From Octopus bimaculoides (Eukaryota), in contig NC_068983.1 of assembly GCF_001194135.2 (NCBI RefSeq), forward strand, positions 44,324,430 through 44,388,357: a stretch of DNA of 63,928 bases, read 5' to 3'. The first letter of the stretch is position 1; the number at the start of each line of letters is the position of its first letter. The notes under the pieces were generated by a model that made no database searches, was not told the DNA's origin, and worked only from the letters and a program-made list of their open reading frames with translations. A program made the translations under genes and the position numbers. Of the stretch, positions 1 to 14,639 are shown in pieces.

Positions 1-194
1 GCCGTTTTCGTGCGGGTGACACGTAAAAGCACCCACTACACTCTGAGTGGTTGGCGTTAGGAAGGGCATCCAGCTGTAGAAACTCTGCCAGATTAGATTG
101 GAGCCTGGTGTTGCCATCCGTTTTCACCAGTCCTCAATCAAATCGTCCAACCCATGCTAGCATGGAAAGCGGACGTTAAACGATGATGATGATG

Positions 195-238
<44 letters not shown>

Positions 239-3200
239 AAATGGAAATCGTAGTTGTGGCCGATGCCAGTGCTGCCCGACTGGTACCTGTGCTGGTGACA
301 GGTAATAAGTACCATTCAAGCACAAGTCAATGCCAGTTCCGCCTGACTGGCTCCCCATGCTTGTGGCACATGAAAAGCACCATCCAAACGTGGTCGATGC
401 TAGTGTCACCTGACTGGCTCCTGTGCTAGTGGCACGTAAAAAGCACCTACTGCACTCAGAGTTTGGCATTAGGAAGGGCATCCAGCTGTAGAAACTTTGC
501 CAGATCAGATTGGAGCCTAGTACAGCCTACGGGCTTGCCAGTCCTCGGCCAAACCGACCAACCCATGCCAGCATCGAAAAGGGACATCAAACGATGATAA
601 TGAGATACATACATACACACAAAAAATTCTTTGAATAGATAGGGCTGTAGTCTCGAAGCGCAAGGTGATGTTTTGTGGGAGGAGAGTGAAGACGATGTAA
701 CTAAACCCTTTATATTGCTGAGACATGGAAGTGAACCCAGAACAGAGAAAACTAAATCAGGCACTGTTGTCTGTTTAAACACTGCTGAGTGACAAACGAA
801 TGCTTCACTATCCATAGAGAAATTACAATCATTAATATAACCTTCAAGCTTACAAAAATTAGGCCACTGTCTTGTCAAAGAGTAGTAGTGGTAGTAATTC
901 TTTTTCTTCGGTGAAGATTTCAACTTGGTTTGAAGTAGTTATTAGCGTGAAACAAATACTTAAGTGTGAATTTTGTGTAGTTAAGTAGCTGACTGTCTTC
1001 AGTGATAACAGCTTAGAGAGAGAGAGAGAAATAGTGAGTGAGGCAGGATGGTAGATAGAGAGAGCGAGAGATAGTGAGTAAGCCAGGATGGTAGAGAGAG
1101 AGAAAGAGGGAGGGAGGAGAGGAGATAGAGATAATATACAGTCGTTATATTGATAAAGCTTACTAAATTATGTAGCAGGCTTATTTTCTAAACAGTTGAC
1201 TTCAGTTGGAAATAGAAATGAGACAGTCAAAGGCCTTGCTGCTTGTTAGATAATGATTCATCTGACTAAACACAAGATTCTATTTATTAAGAAGAATCCG
1301 GTCCAGTCCGGTCCGGTCTGGTGTTAATCAATTGAATAATTAACTGATACTTTATATCATTGTCCCCCAGGGACATTGAAAGGCAAAATTAATTTGGTGG
1401 AATTTGAAGCAAAAAATATGCAAGAGGTCAGATGCCATAAAGCAACTGAATTAGACTTAACATTTTATTTTTATATATTTTTTGTTAATATGCTTGCATA
1501 AATATGTTTGATGAAATGGCGACATTAAAAAGAATGTAGTTTTCACACTTCAAGAGACTGGAAAGATCTTTTGCAAGAAACTTATTTAACATCCACTTTT
1601 CCATGGTTAGGTGGAGTTTATTGAAGCAGATTTTCCTAGAGCTGGATGCTCTTGATGCTGCCAACGCTCACCTATTACCACCAAGTAAGGTAATATTTCC
1701 TCATGACCAGACTCACTTTCCATGGAAGATTGAAAATGAATGACACTGCTTCTATGGTCAAATATCTTTACATCTTTCATACCAAGGAGAGACATACATA
1801 TACAACGGGTTCCATTCAGTTTCATTCTATCAAACCTACTCCTTAAGCTTTTGTTGGCCTGTAGCTATTAGATCTTACTCAAGGCACCACACAATAGGAC
1901 TGAATCCAAAAACCATTTGACTGAAAAGCAAACTTCTTAATTACACACACACACACACACACACATATGTGTATGTGTGTGTGTATTATATATCATTTAG
2001 NNNNNNNNNNCACATATGTGTATGTGTGTGTGTATTATATATCATTTAGCATCCATTGTCCATGCTGGCATGGGTTGGACGGTTTAACCAGGGCTGACAA
2101 ACTGGAAGGCTACGCCAGACACCAGTCCGATTTGACATGGTTTCTACAGCTGGATGCCCTTCCTAATGCCAACCACTCCCAGAGTGTAATGGGTGCTGTT
2201 ACATGCTACCGGCACAGGTGCCATTTGCGTGACACCAGTATCTGCCACGACTGTAATTTCACTTGGCTTGATGGGTCTTCTCAAGCACAACATAATGCTA
2301 AAGGTATCGGTCATTTGTCATTGCCTCCGTGAGGCCCAACACTCATAAGGAGCTCAGCTACTTTGCCTATGACAGGCACAGGTGGCTGCATACTAAGGTT
2401 TACTTCCCAACCACATAGTTCCAGGTTGTTCCACAGTGTGGCACCTACATAGGCTGACCAAAGCCTTGTGAGTGGATTTAGGAGATGGAAACTGGAAGCT
2501 CATCGTTTGTCCCCGTCTCCTACCACCTCTTGACAATCAGTGTTGGTCTGTTTGCTTCCCTGTAACTTAGCCATTCAACAAAAGAGACCAATAGAATAAG
2601 TACCAAGCTTCGGTGCTCCAGCATGGCCACAGACAAATAAATGATATATGGTGTGCATGTGTATATGGGCCTTTTTTTTTGTTTACCATTTTACCTTTAT
2701 CAATGAAAACCAAGGACATGGTGTTAGACTAAATGGTCATTGGTTTTGCCTTTTTTCTTTTACTACTCCCAACTCAAGAACTGTGGCCATGCTGGGGCAT
2801 CATTATTATTGAGGTTTTTGTTGAGTGGTTTTTGCAATCTGAATCTGTTCAAGAAAGTTACTAGGAATAGGTAGCAGACCACACACTTTCATTTACTACC
2901 AAGGAAAGTTGTTTTTGTTCTATAACACAATGAAATCTGAGTGAAGCACTCACTGGCTCACAAGCGGCCCACTGAAACCAAAAATTATAATTACCTATTT
3001 GCCCATCACATCTAAATGGCTATCAATGGTTGGTTGAAAAAATTACATTTCATAAGATCTCTCTCTCTTTCTCTCTATCTTTCCGTCATTATTTTGTTGT
3101 TAATCTCTGTCACCACCTATTAAAGGATTTAGTTTAACCACTGAAGGAATTAACCAAATTCCTAGAAAAGGTGATTAAATCACCTTCACATTCACCCCTC

Positions 3201-3751
3201 CAACACATTGACTCATTTTTCTTTCGGAGCAGAAATTACCACTGATTACTATTTATGCAATTTGGGGATATTCTTGTGTTAATAATTATTTATAGTTTGC
3301 CACCATTTACAGCTGTCAGAAATTTCAACATAGTTTATTTTGAAAGTCAAAGGTTGCGGCTGCAAGCTGTTTATTTTTGTCACTGCCTCCTGTTTTTTTA
3401 TTCATTCTCAACTAGACATTTACCATTTGATTTTTTAAAAATAAGAGTGGGAGATGAAACAACAATGTGTTGATGTTCATGCCTTTTCCGACTAAGACTT
3501 ATTGAGGCAAGCGAAAGCGAAATTGTGATGGCACTTGTGCCCAGCATCGCCTTTCTGGCACTTGTGCCCATGGCATGTGTAAGGACTTCGAGCGAGATCG
3601 TTACCAGTGCCCCTGGACTGGCTCTTGTGCGGGTGGCACATAAAATACACCATTTTGAGCGTGGCCGTTGCCAGTAGTGCCTGACTGGCCTTCATGCTGG
3701 TGGAACGTAAAAAGCACCCACTACACTCTCTGAGTGGTTGTCGTTAGGAAG

Positions 3752-4547
3752 NNNNNNNNNNNNNNNNNNNNNNNNNNNNNNNNNNNNNNNNNNNNNNNNN
3801 NNNNNNNNNNNNNNNNNNNNNNNNNNNNNNNNNNNNNNNNNNNNNNNNNNNNNNNNNNNNNNNNNNNNNNNNNNNNNNNNNNNNNNNNNNNNNNNNNNNN
3901 NNNNNNNNNNNNNNNNNNNNNNNNNNNNNNNNNNNNNNNNNNNNNNNNNNNNNNNNNNNNNNNNNNNNNNNNNNNNNNNNNNNNNNNNNNNNNNNNNNNN
4001 NNNNNNNNNNNNNNNNNNNNNNNNNNNNNNNNNNNNNNNNNNNNNNNNNNNNNNNNNNNNNNNNNNNNNNNNNNNNNNNNNNNNNNNNNNNNNNNNNNNN
4101 NNNNNNNNNNNNNNNNNNNNNNNNNNNNNNNNNNNNNNNNNNNNNNNNNNNNNNNNNNNNNNNNNNNNNNNNNNNNNNNNNNNNNNNNNNNNNNNNNNNN
4201 NNNNNNNNNNNNNNNNNNNNNNNNNNNNNNNNNNNNNNNNNNNNNNNNNNNNNNNNNNNNNNNNNNNNNNNNNNNNNNNNNNNNNNNNNNNNNNNNNNNN
4301 NNNNNNNNNNNNNNNNNNNNNNNNNNNNNNNNNNNNNNNNNNNNNNNNNNNNNNNNNNNNNNNNNNNNNNNNNNNNNNNNNNNNNNNNNNNNNNNNNNNN
4401 NNNNNNNNNNNNNNNNNNNNNNNNNNNNNNNNNNNNNNNNNNNNNNNNNNNNNNNNNNNNNNNNNNNNNNNNNNNNNNNNNNNNNNNNNNNNNNNNNNNN
4501 NNNNNNNNNNNNNNNNNNNNNNNNNNNNNNNNNNNNNNNNNNNNNNN
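3752..4547. other. Largest assembly gap; others at 2001-2010, 16777-16876, 19247-19495, 24597-24731, 25986-26152, 30122-30234, 35392-35645, 40462-40471, 47910-47919, 48797-49108, 55076-55682, 57064-57073
   Basis: Runs of N. Most start or end in microsatellites or SINE/LINE tails. Confidence 1.
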
Positions 4548-4564
4548 GACACAAACACACACAA

Positions 4565-4595
<31 letters not shown>

Positions 4596-6522
4596 TGACC
4601 GGCTTCTTTCAGTTTCCGTCTACCAAATCCACTCAAGGCTTAATAGAACTCACTTGCCCAAGTTACCATGCAGTGGGATTGAACCCGGAACCATGTGGTT
4701 GGTAAGCAAACTTCTTCCCAAACAGCCACTTCTGCCACTCCTATAAATAAAAATCTCTTGCTGTCCATAATTTCTCTTAAAGCAACATGATGGACCCCTA
4801 CCAACTCTATTCCTTTAGAAGCTTCCTGGGTTTGTGGTAAACGAATAAAAAATACTTCAGACTACATAATAGGCCTAGTTTTTTCCTTTTTAATTAAAAC
4901 AGAAATGATAGATATTGATCATTAGCTCCAATAAACAGTAATCAAGAATCAATATCAGTTTTTGAGTCACCTTAAAGAACATATTGCCAATAAACATATT
5001 TTTAGATGTTTTGAAGGAAAACCATTTAATGCTTTGTTTACCAGATTCCTGGTGATTTTCTTCCTCTTCCCTGTAGATATAACATATTTAGACAAGTTGG
5101 GAAATGTTTACAGCTGAGAATGGTAGAATAATTTAAAGGAACTTCAGTCCTGCTGTGTAGTACTTTGGACAAGGGATTTTTACTATAGATCTATGCCAAC
5201 CAAAGCTTTGTGATCAGATTTTGTAGGCAGAAACTGAAAGAAGCCCATCATGGATGTATGGCAAAAAGTTTGCTTTCCAACCACATGGCACATTGGGCAA
5301 GTGTTTACTATAACCGCAGGCTGACCAAAAGTCAGTGAGTGGATTTGGTAGATGAAAACTGAAAGAAGCCTGTTGTGTTACTGTCTTCTTGCCTTGAAAC
5401 TGCTTGATAGTTGTAAACAATGATCACTGTAATGCAAGCAGTGTCCATTTCCACTATTTTGGAAATTGTCTGGTCATTATTACTTTACCTGAGGATTGGT
5501 GACAGGAAGGGCATCAGCTGCAGAAAATCTGCCTCAAATTCTGTCCAACCCATGCAAGCATGGAACAGTAGACATTGAAACAACAATATAGATGACATGC
5601 ACACAAACATTCATGGAAGATTGTTATATTACTTACAATGAGAGAAAGAAGTATTACAGTAAAATGGACAGATTTTTCACAGAAGATTGCAGACAAATTA
5701 AGCTGTTTGTATGAATGATGATTATGTTTACAATCAATGCACAAATGTCAAGAGACACACACACATACAATATACATAAGTACACAACAGGCTTCTTACA
5801 GTTTCCTTCTACCAAATTCATTTACAAAGACTTGGTCAGCCCAGGGTCATACAAAATGCTTAAGTGCGCTATGTTGAGGGACTGAACCCATAGCCAAAGA
5901 GTTACATTTCAAACTTCTTAACCATATAGCCATGCCTGAAATGCCTTTGATAATATGCCTAATAGGGACTAGCTGGGGGCTAAGTTATAACAAAGCCATT
6001 TTACGCTCACACACATTGTAGCAATGTTATGATGTTAATTCAAATTTTTCAGATACTGAGCTTGCATGAGCCAAAAATAAGTTATGAGCGATGATGGGGG
6101 AAAGGCCTTCATGAAGTATGAAGAGTTGAGCAAGAAGCACTGGATGCTCTGTATGAAATGAGTAATATGTTGAGTATGGTATTGAGAAAGTAACCTATGT
6201 TTTGTGGAGGTATTGGCTTGTGAGTAATAAGTCAGCGTTGGTATTGATATGGAATGAAAGAAAATGAAATATCAGATATTGCTGTTGTTTTTGTGGTAGT
6301 TATTAAATGGGGGCTAAAAGAGGCACAGCTAAAATCTAAATTCTATAGAGAAACTGTCAAGATTTTCAGATCCTTTTTCAAGTTCTTGATTTAATTAAAT
6401 AAACAATTAGATACTGTCATTGATGACAATGCCTTTTTGTTTATAAAATTAGCCATGCCTGTTTAATAGAAAGCATTAACATAATTATATAATAATAATA
6501 ATAAAAATTATAATAATAATAT

Positions 6523-6702
6523 ACTCAGAAAACTGCTTTATTGGGAACAGCAAAGAATTTGAGATCAGCACTTGGATGTTAAGTATTGTGGAAAGGGACC
6601 CTCTGAAACCCTTGACAACAGGCTGTTGTCCACTCTTACAGAATTAGCCGAAGCAAATCAAATTGAGACCTTTGAGAAGTGAAATGAAAATAATAATAAT
6701 AA
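6523..6702 (+). mobile_element. 3' end of a Dong/R4-type (RLE) non-LTR retrotransposon in (TAA)n
   Basis: CAG at 6526 starts QKTALLGTAKNLRSALGC*; short 3' UTR; (TAA)n on both sides. Confidence 0.65.
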
Positions 6703-8526
6703 TGATGATAAATCATTGATGATGAATATATTAAATGAAAAGAAATTCTTGCAAAGAAAATAACAGCAGCATTGAATTGAAACATTGCCATTAAGTCAGA
6801 AACCCAGGGATCAAGAGCTCTAATTATTCAGAAATTTAATGAATGAACAAAAAGGAAAAAAATTCTATATTATTCATGAACAGAAAATATTTTCAATTGC
6901 TGTTTGTTCCAAACGTTTGACATCTCACATTTATTCCATGTCTGTTGGTAGATTAGAGTGGAATTATTCTAAACCGCAAAAGTAATGTCAATAATGTCAA
7001 TTAGACATCAAATGGAGAGGTTAGGGGGAGGGGAAGAAAATGTAGAATCATAACATTTCCCCATTTAAGAATTTCAAAAGAAAAAAACGAAACTCACTAA
7101 ATAGAAATTAAAACTAGGCTGTAAGCTTCATTTGCACGCATCACAATGATGAGAGAAAACTCACATTTAAAGGAATGGAAGGTTACGTAATAAAACAGAA
7201 ACAAAGAGAAATGCTAATGCCTGAAAATTGATCCCAAGGTAGAAGACATTCTTTGATAATAGAGTGAATCAGCTAGAAAACTTGTAGACAGCTTCCATGA
7301 CAACAAAATGTTCTTTCTCAAAGACAGACAGGCTTACATAACGGTAATTTGTTCAGCTTTTGTCCCAGCTGTCAGTAACTAAATGGGTTGAAAAATACGT
7401 TCACTAAAACAGTAACAACAACAACAACAATAAAATCTACCCTCCTTGGAATAGCTCATTTTCTTAGAAAGGTACTGTCTGACTAAGGCCTTTTGTCAAG
7501 GCTTGACAGTTAACATGAAATAAAATATTTAAAAAAAAAAATTAAAAAACAGCATTTTCTCTTCATACTACACAACAGAATATGTTCACAAATTTTAACC
7601 CAAGGCCACTGGCACTTTACTGGTTATGACAAGAGTTCCACTTGATCTGATCAACAGTACGGCTTGCTCATGAAATTAACAAGTGGCTGAGTATTCCACA
7701 GACACGTGTACCCTTAATGTAATTCTCAGGGAGAGTCAATGTGACACAGAGTATGACAAGGCTGGCCCCTTTGAAATACAGGTACTACTCATTTTTATCA
7801 GCTGAGTGGACTGGAGTAATGTGAAATAAGGTGTCTAGCTCAAGGACACAATGCATCACCAGGAATTGAACTTACGACCTCACAATTGTGAGCTGAATTC
7901 CATAACCATAAAGCCATGTGCCTTCACCCTCAATAACAACAACAACACTACAAGCAACACCCTGCAACATGAGATTGTCCTTTCAGCACTGAATTTAATT
8001 TTCTAAACTGAATTAAAGTAGAGTTTGACTCAAAATCCTAAAATAAGAAAAGCAAACAGAATGACAAATGAAATGAATAGGCAACAGGTGTTCCTTAATA
8101 ACAAAATAGCTTCTTTGTAGTCATCTGAACTAAACTGGTAAAGAACATGGTAGATTCTCAATACCTCTCCAGTTCCAAATATTGGTTTTGTTGTCTACAC
8201 CTGAACAAAATACAGAATACGTTTAAGAAAGAGAGAGGACAAGAATATGTCTTGAGTGAATCTGGCAAATGGAAACTATACAAAGCCTGATTTGTGTGCT
8301 TTTGTGTGAATGTTTAGATTCTGCATTTTGCAAGGAAGTCAGTGAGCTTCAAAAAATCATCCAGGAGCTGTGTACTTTCAAAGCCGAGTTGAATGAATGA
8401 AAACTTTACCTGGAAAGCAAATAAGAGTTAGCAAGAAGAAGGGCATACAGCTATAAATAAATAAACTATTTATTCCATGCCAACATATAAAATGGTTAAA
8501 TGATGCTGATAGATTATATATAATTG

Positions 8527-8562
<36 letters not shown>

Positions 8563-9468
8563 ATTTGTTTATTCAGTGCAACAATCTGACAGCTTTGAGA
8601 GTTAATGTCTGAAATCCTTTAATCATTTGCTTAAAGTCAACATCCCAATCCTATCATATTTGCTGGTTCCAACAGAACCGTTAAAAAAACTTTTTTATTG
8701 TATTTCAGTGATTGAACTAAGGTTTGAACTCTCAACAGACAGAGCCAAATATATCGTGTCCAGTACATTACCAACTTACTGCCCTGAACTGATGTCTTAT
8801 TCATTGATCCAGAATGCATGAAGGGTAAAGTTGACCTAGGATTTGAACTTGGGTGCAGAAAGTCAAAACAAAAACTCGAGAGCATTTTACCAATTCTGCC
8901 AATCCAACATCACTATATATCTTATCTTTTGTTTCAGTCATTAGATTGCGACCATGCTGGAACATCACCTCGAATTTTTAGTCAAATGACTACCTCAGAA
9001 CTTTTTAAGCTTGGTACTTATTCTATTGGTCGCTTTTGTTGAAATGCTAAGTTAAGAGGACATAAACGCATCAACATTGGTTGTCAAGCAGTAGCGGGGG
9101 ACAAACACACACACACACGACTAGCTTCTTTCGGTTTCCGTCTAACAAATCAACTCACAAAGCTTTGGTCAGCCCAGGCTATAACTGGACGCATTCCCAA
9201 GGTGCCATGCAGTAGGACTGAATCCAGAACCTTGTGGTTGGGAAGCAAGCTTCTTATCACAGCTATGCCTGCACCTACAAACACACATACAAGGAGAGAT
9301 AGCATAAGAGTAAGTGTCTCATAAGAAATATTCTCATATTGAATGTCCAATTAAGAAATAGCAAACTATATTTTCAGTAATTTTAAACAAAACAGAATTT
9401 GATTTGTTAAAAGGGGTGGTGGAGGAGGATGTAAATGCATTTCTTATATTGTAGGTTATTTTAAGTAT

Positions 9469-9810
9469 AAACAAGAGCACTCAGAGTGCAAACCTCCTCT
9501 GCCAAGGCAACACCAATGTCCTCTCAACAATTAGCCAGAGATGATTTTTAAAATAAGAATATCTGAAAAAAACTCAACTGCTCTCACAAACAAGAATACT
9601 AAAAATGAACCCGACTGCTCTCAAAGATTAAGTAAAAATAATAGGAAAAATAATCCAGAATCCTTGTCCATTTCATGCCAGTCACAAGGCTAAACATCCC
9701 TGAAAGTTTCATCCGAATCCATGCAGCAGTTCTTCAGATATCTTGTCCACAGACAAACAAACAAACATGACTGTAAACAATACCACCACCTTCGTTAAGG
9801 CAGAGGTAAT
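9469..9810 (+). mobile_element. Helentron-associated (HINE/DINE-like) non-autonomous element
   Basis: Subterminal inverted motif CCTCTGCC (about 9496) / GGCAGAGG (about 9799); degenerate 3' palindrome CCACCACCTTCGTTAAGGCAGAGG; internal (CAAA)n; no TSD. Confidence 0.5.
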
Positions 9811-10923
9811 AAAACATTTGATAAACTCATTGTAGATAGTTCATACAATCAGTTATTGTTGAAGAACCCAAGTTGCTGTACTACAGTCTAAGCTGGTGGT
9901 TGTGTGGTTAAGAAGTTGGCTTCCCAACCATGTGGTTGTGGGTTCAAGTAAGTATCTCTGACTATAAGATTGGGCTGATCAATGCCTTGTGAGTAAATTT
10001 TGTAGATGGAAACTGGAAGAAGCTAGTCATTTACATGCATGCATTCTTATTTTAACATTGTGATGTTTGGAAAATGAGCAGCACCATCATGTAAGTGATG
10101 CTGTTCATTTCCATACTTCTATGGAAAATATGTCTGACTATGGGAAAGGAAATATTTGGAATGAGGTGATTGGAAGCGAGAAGAAAATTTGCTTCAAGGA
10201 ATACCATGTGACATATGCAAACAAAGCGGTGGACGATGGTGGTAGATGAAAGGTTACAACATCATTTAAGATCAAAATTCTTGCAAATTCTTGCAAATAA
10301 ATTTCAAAATTGAAAAACCAAAAAGTAACAAAAAGTATCAGAGTCGGAACTGAACTATAAACATCACATGAATGATTGATTCTAGATCCACATTCTAAGA
10401 CTGATTTCGATCAGAAAAGTTTTAAGAGTTTTATAAATAAATCTAATTTCAGCACATGGAATACATTAACATTTACAAGAAACAAACATAACAAATAAAT
10501 AGAATTTATTCACTATTAAAGTCCATCTCTGATTGCTTTGAAGCTAATTTGTAACAGATGAAATTATGAATGTTACAAGATATTTATTTGAAATAATTCA
10601 TTAAACTTCATTTTTTTGTATTAAAATTTTTGTAACAAATTTTCCATTCAAAATAATTCCATGAGTCATGAGAGTTTCTTTTCTTTTTTAAATTTCTTCA
10701 ATACTTGATTTTTATACTCTCGTTAAAATGAAAGTCTCCTATTACAGTGTAATGCCATTACAGCAAGTAAAGTGCTCTGCTTTGCTTATTTTCTTTCTTT
10801 TCTTTCTTAAGTCAACTGCTTCTACAAATTACCAACAACTGCTTCATAGTAAACAACTGCACGACTGAGTAAACAGCAGCAAGAAAAGTACAACTTAGAT
10901 ATGCATTTTGTTATTACCTCTTT

Positions 10924-11244
10924 GTGAAGGCAAGTGGTTAAGTGGTTAAGTCATTTGACTCACACATGTAAGACCATGAGTTCGATTCCTGGCAGTGCAT
11001 TGTGTCTTTGAGCAAGAGACCTTTTTTCACATTACCCCAGTCCACTCAGCTGGCAAGAATGAGTTGTACCTGTAATTCAAAGGGCCGGCCTTGTCACATT
11101 CTGTGTCATGCTGAATCTCCTGAGAATTACATTAAGGGCACGTATGTCTGTGGAGCACTAGGCCACTTGCACGTTAATTTTATGAATGGGCTGTTCTGAA
11201 GATATTTGGTTACGATATGAATTCCAGTTGATTCAGAGTGCCAG
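10924..11244 (+). mobile_element. tRNA-derived SINE 'family E' (GTGAAGGC..TGGTTAAGTGGTT head)
   Basis: Collinear copies at 7609-7927(-) and 29232-29470(+); tRNA-like A/B boxes and a CORE-like TTGAGCAAGAC block. Confidence 0.75.
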
Positions 11245-11891
11245 ACCTCTTTGTTACTGATTTACTTGAGCAAAACTGAGGTTAGTACATGGGTTAGATG
11301 AAGTTAGTGGAAGCAGATTTTCTGCAGCTTCATGTCCTTCTTGTTGCCAACCCTCACCAGTTTCCAAATAAAGTAAAGTTTCCCTATGGCAGGACATGCT
11401 TTCATGAAAGATTGGAAATGGATGATACAGCATGTATGGCAGTGATACTCATTCACAACAACTGTACAATGTCAAAACAAGAAAAAAAAAAAACACACAC
11501 ACACACGTGTGCATGTGCGTGTATATACACATACATACATGATGAGCTTTTAAAGCTTATGGCTCTCAAATCCAGTCATAGGGCTTTAGTTGGTTTAGCT
11601 GAATAATGGAAGACACTTGCCCAAGGTACCCATACAGTAGGACTGAACCCAAAACCTCACCAGCAACAACAACAATTATTTACCTGTGTTCATCACACAC
11701 CTACAGCATTTTTTTTTATTCTTTTGCTTCAGTTACTTGACTGCAGCCATGCTGGAGCGCTGCCTTTAGTTGAACAAGTTGAGCGGAGGACATTCTTTGT
11801 AAGTCTAGTGCTTATTCTGCCGGTCTTTTGCTAAACCGATAAGTTATGGGAACGTAAACACACCAGCACCGGTTGTCAAGCGATGTTGGGA

Positions 11892-11946
<55 letters not shown>

Positions 11947-14083
11947 TGGGCTTCTTTCAGTTTCCATCTACCAAATGCACTCAAGGCTTTGGTTGGCCCA
12001 AGGCTATAGTAAGACACTTGCCCAAGGTGCCATACAGTGGGACTGAACCTAGAACCATGTGATTGGGAAGCAAACTTCTTACCACACATCCACGGCTGTG
12101 CCAAGTTTGCTATGTCTCGTGGTTATTCTTTATAAAAAATCAATCTACATGCCAAGTTAAATCAATAAACAGGAGACGAACACACAATCTGTTACGAAAC
12201 TGGCACAGTTTTCAGTTGAGTGACTGCTTCAGTTAAATTCCCATCTCTGCCAAAAAGAAAGATTGAAAATCAGACATGATTGGACAGAAAGACACATTCA
12301 GGCAGATTATGTTGCTGTAAGACTGACCATATATCTACATGCATTATCCTCTATCGTTTATTTGTTTCAGCCAGTAGGCAGTGGCCATGCTGGGGCACTG
12401 CATTGAAGAATTCTAGGTAAACTAGCTGACCCCAGTCCTTTTTTTTTTTGCTTTAAAGCTTGGTACTTATTCTATCAGCTTCTTTTGCTGAATTGCTAAT
12501 GTTGCAGGGATGTAAACAGACCACCACCGGTTATGTGGTGGTGGAAGCAAAGACAGACACACACACACTTTCAGTTTCTTATTTCTTTACTGCCCGCAAG
12601 GGGCTACAAACAGATGGGACAAACGGATTAAGTCGATTATATCAACCCCAGTGCATAACTGGTACTTATTTAATTGACCCCGAAAGGATGAAATGTAAAG
12701 TCGACCTCGGCGGAATTTGAACTCAGAATGTAATGGCAGACGAAATACCGCTAAGCATTTCGCCCGTTATGCTAATGTTTCTGCCAGCTCGCCGCCTTTC
12801 AGTTTCTATCAACCAAATCCACTCACAAGACTTCGGTTGGCCCGAGGCTATAATAAAAGACATTTGCCCAAGGTGCTATACAGCAGGACTGAACCTGGAA
12901 CCATGTGGTTGGGAAGCAAACTTCATACCACACAGACATATCAATGTCTTGAGCAAAATTACAACTAAACATTTTTGGTATATTCATTCGATGATTAGTT
13001 ATTTTGTTGAGTCTACAGTCAAGGAAGTGTGGATACTTTACAACTTAAACCATTAACAAAAAAACATGAACGAGTATGGTTGGCCGAAAGAAATGCATCA
13101 GGTTGGAAAACACCTGTAGTGACAGTAAAGAAAACTGGCACAGGTGCATAGGTAAAAAAAAAAAAAAAAAAGCTCGTTTTGTGAGCACACGGTTTTGAGT
13201 TCAGTCCCATTGCACAACTCCTTGGGTAAGTTAGTGTCTTCTACTATAACCCTAGGTCAATCAATGCCTTGTGAATTTGGTTGATGGAAACTGTGGATGA
13301 AGGCACTAAGTGTGTATGACTGTCCCCACCCACATCTCTTGACAGCCAGTGTAGATTCATCTTCTCATAACTTAGAAGTTTGGTAAAAGAATGACAGAGT
13401 AAGTAACAGACTTCAACCAAAATAGGTACTGGGGCTGGTTTGTTCAATTAAACGCTTCAAGGTAGTGCCCCAGTATGGCCATGGTCCAATGACTAAAACA
13501 AGAAAAAAGTTCCCTAAGGTGCAGTTAGCCCCAAGGCAGTAACTGACCTAATTCTTCTACCCTATCATAGTCATCTGTTCAAACACACGCGCACACACAC
13601 ACTGTAAATTCTAAATCCTGACTATAAATACATGCTTTTAGTTGCCAAATTAGATTATTCTTTTTCCTACATTTGATAAAGTAATCTGATAAAAGCTAAA
13701 CAATAATGGTTATCAAACAACAATGAAACAAATATAAAACAATGAAAGCTACTACATCACCACAAAGTCAGTTATGGCAAGCTCCGGCTTCTTTAGTTTG
13801 GCTGTGTGTTTTAAGTCAAAAACTTTTGTTTATATTTCACATTAAGTTAGCAGAGTGGAAGCTGACAAGTCTGACCCTAATGTCATCAAGGACAATATCA
13901 CTCCACAGAGTAGCATGCTATTATTATTTATTGCTGGTATTGCTGAGTGAGTAAAGTGTGGGGGTGGAGCTATATTTCCTGTTGGGGGTTGGGCTGACAG
14001 CAAGTGCTTAACCCAAAGCTAGAAACCACAACAATTGTAACATCCTCTTTGTTGCGCGTGCACCACGGATGCACAAGCTCAAA

Positions 14084-14127
<44 letters not shown>

Positions 14128-14639
14128 CATACATACATACATAAAAGCCCACCACCACACATAGCAATATAACTAAGGCAACATCAATAAATTTAATTAC
14201 AACAGCAGGTCAATTGAATTATTCTTTGCAGCTAATTGTTAATATAGTTTTGCAAGGAAAATAAATTGCGATAAAAACCAGCTAATGAATAATAGTCAAA
14301 ACTATTAAAGAAAGAAAGAAGGAAACAACAATTCTAAATAGCACTTTTCACACAGACTGTAGAATTTAAAGAGGACTTCAAAATATTTCATAGAAAGTGT
14401 AACTGGTAGAGACAAGAGCTGCCTACTTGGCAACTTGTGGCTTAATATAGTCTGCCATTGAATATTGTGTTGTGGTTGAGATGTATCTGTGTGTTAAGTT
14501 TGCTGCTCAACCACATGGTTTCAGGTTCAGTCTCACTGCATGGCACCTTGGGGGAAGTGTCTTCTACTATAGCCCCAGGTTGGCCAAAGCACTATGAGTG
14601 GATTTGGTAGATGGAAACAAAGAAACCCAGTCTCACATG

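Noticed and set aside
456-923. 155-aa minus-strand ORF
   Set aside because: Its C-terminal third is antisense RTE UTR and microsatellite; the rest has no homology I can recognise.
1963-2049. Exact ~38-bp direct repeat on both sides of a 10-N gap
   Set aside because: Typical unmerged contig overlap; the same pattern occurs at 40412-40520 and 47901-47928.
3692-4705. Long 280-320-aa ORFs (also at 19.0-19.8, 35.3-35.9, 48.5-49.6 and 55.0-55.7 kb)
   Set aside because: They are long only because they run through N gaps and (CA)/(TA) tracts.
5042-5070. 29-nt microexon candidate (ctacag|GGAAGAGG...ATCTG|gtaaac)
   Set aside because: Not a multiple of 3, so it would frameshift after the phase-0 exon; weak pyrimidine tract; no homology.
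8165-8200. 36-nt exon candidate with a good acceptor (ttctgtattttgttcag)
   Set aside because: The second codon in phase 0 is TAG and the donor (gtattg) is weak. At most a poison exon, with no support.
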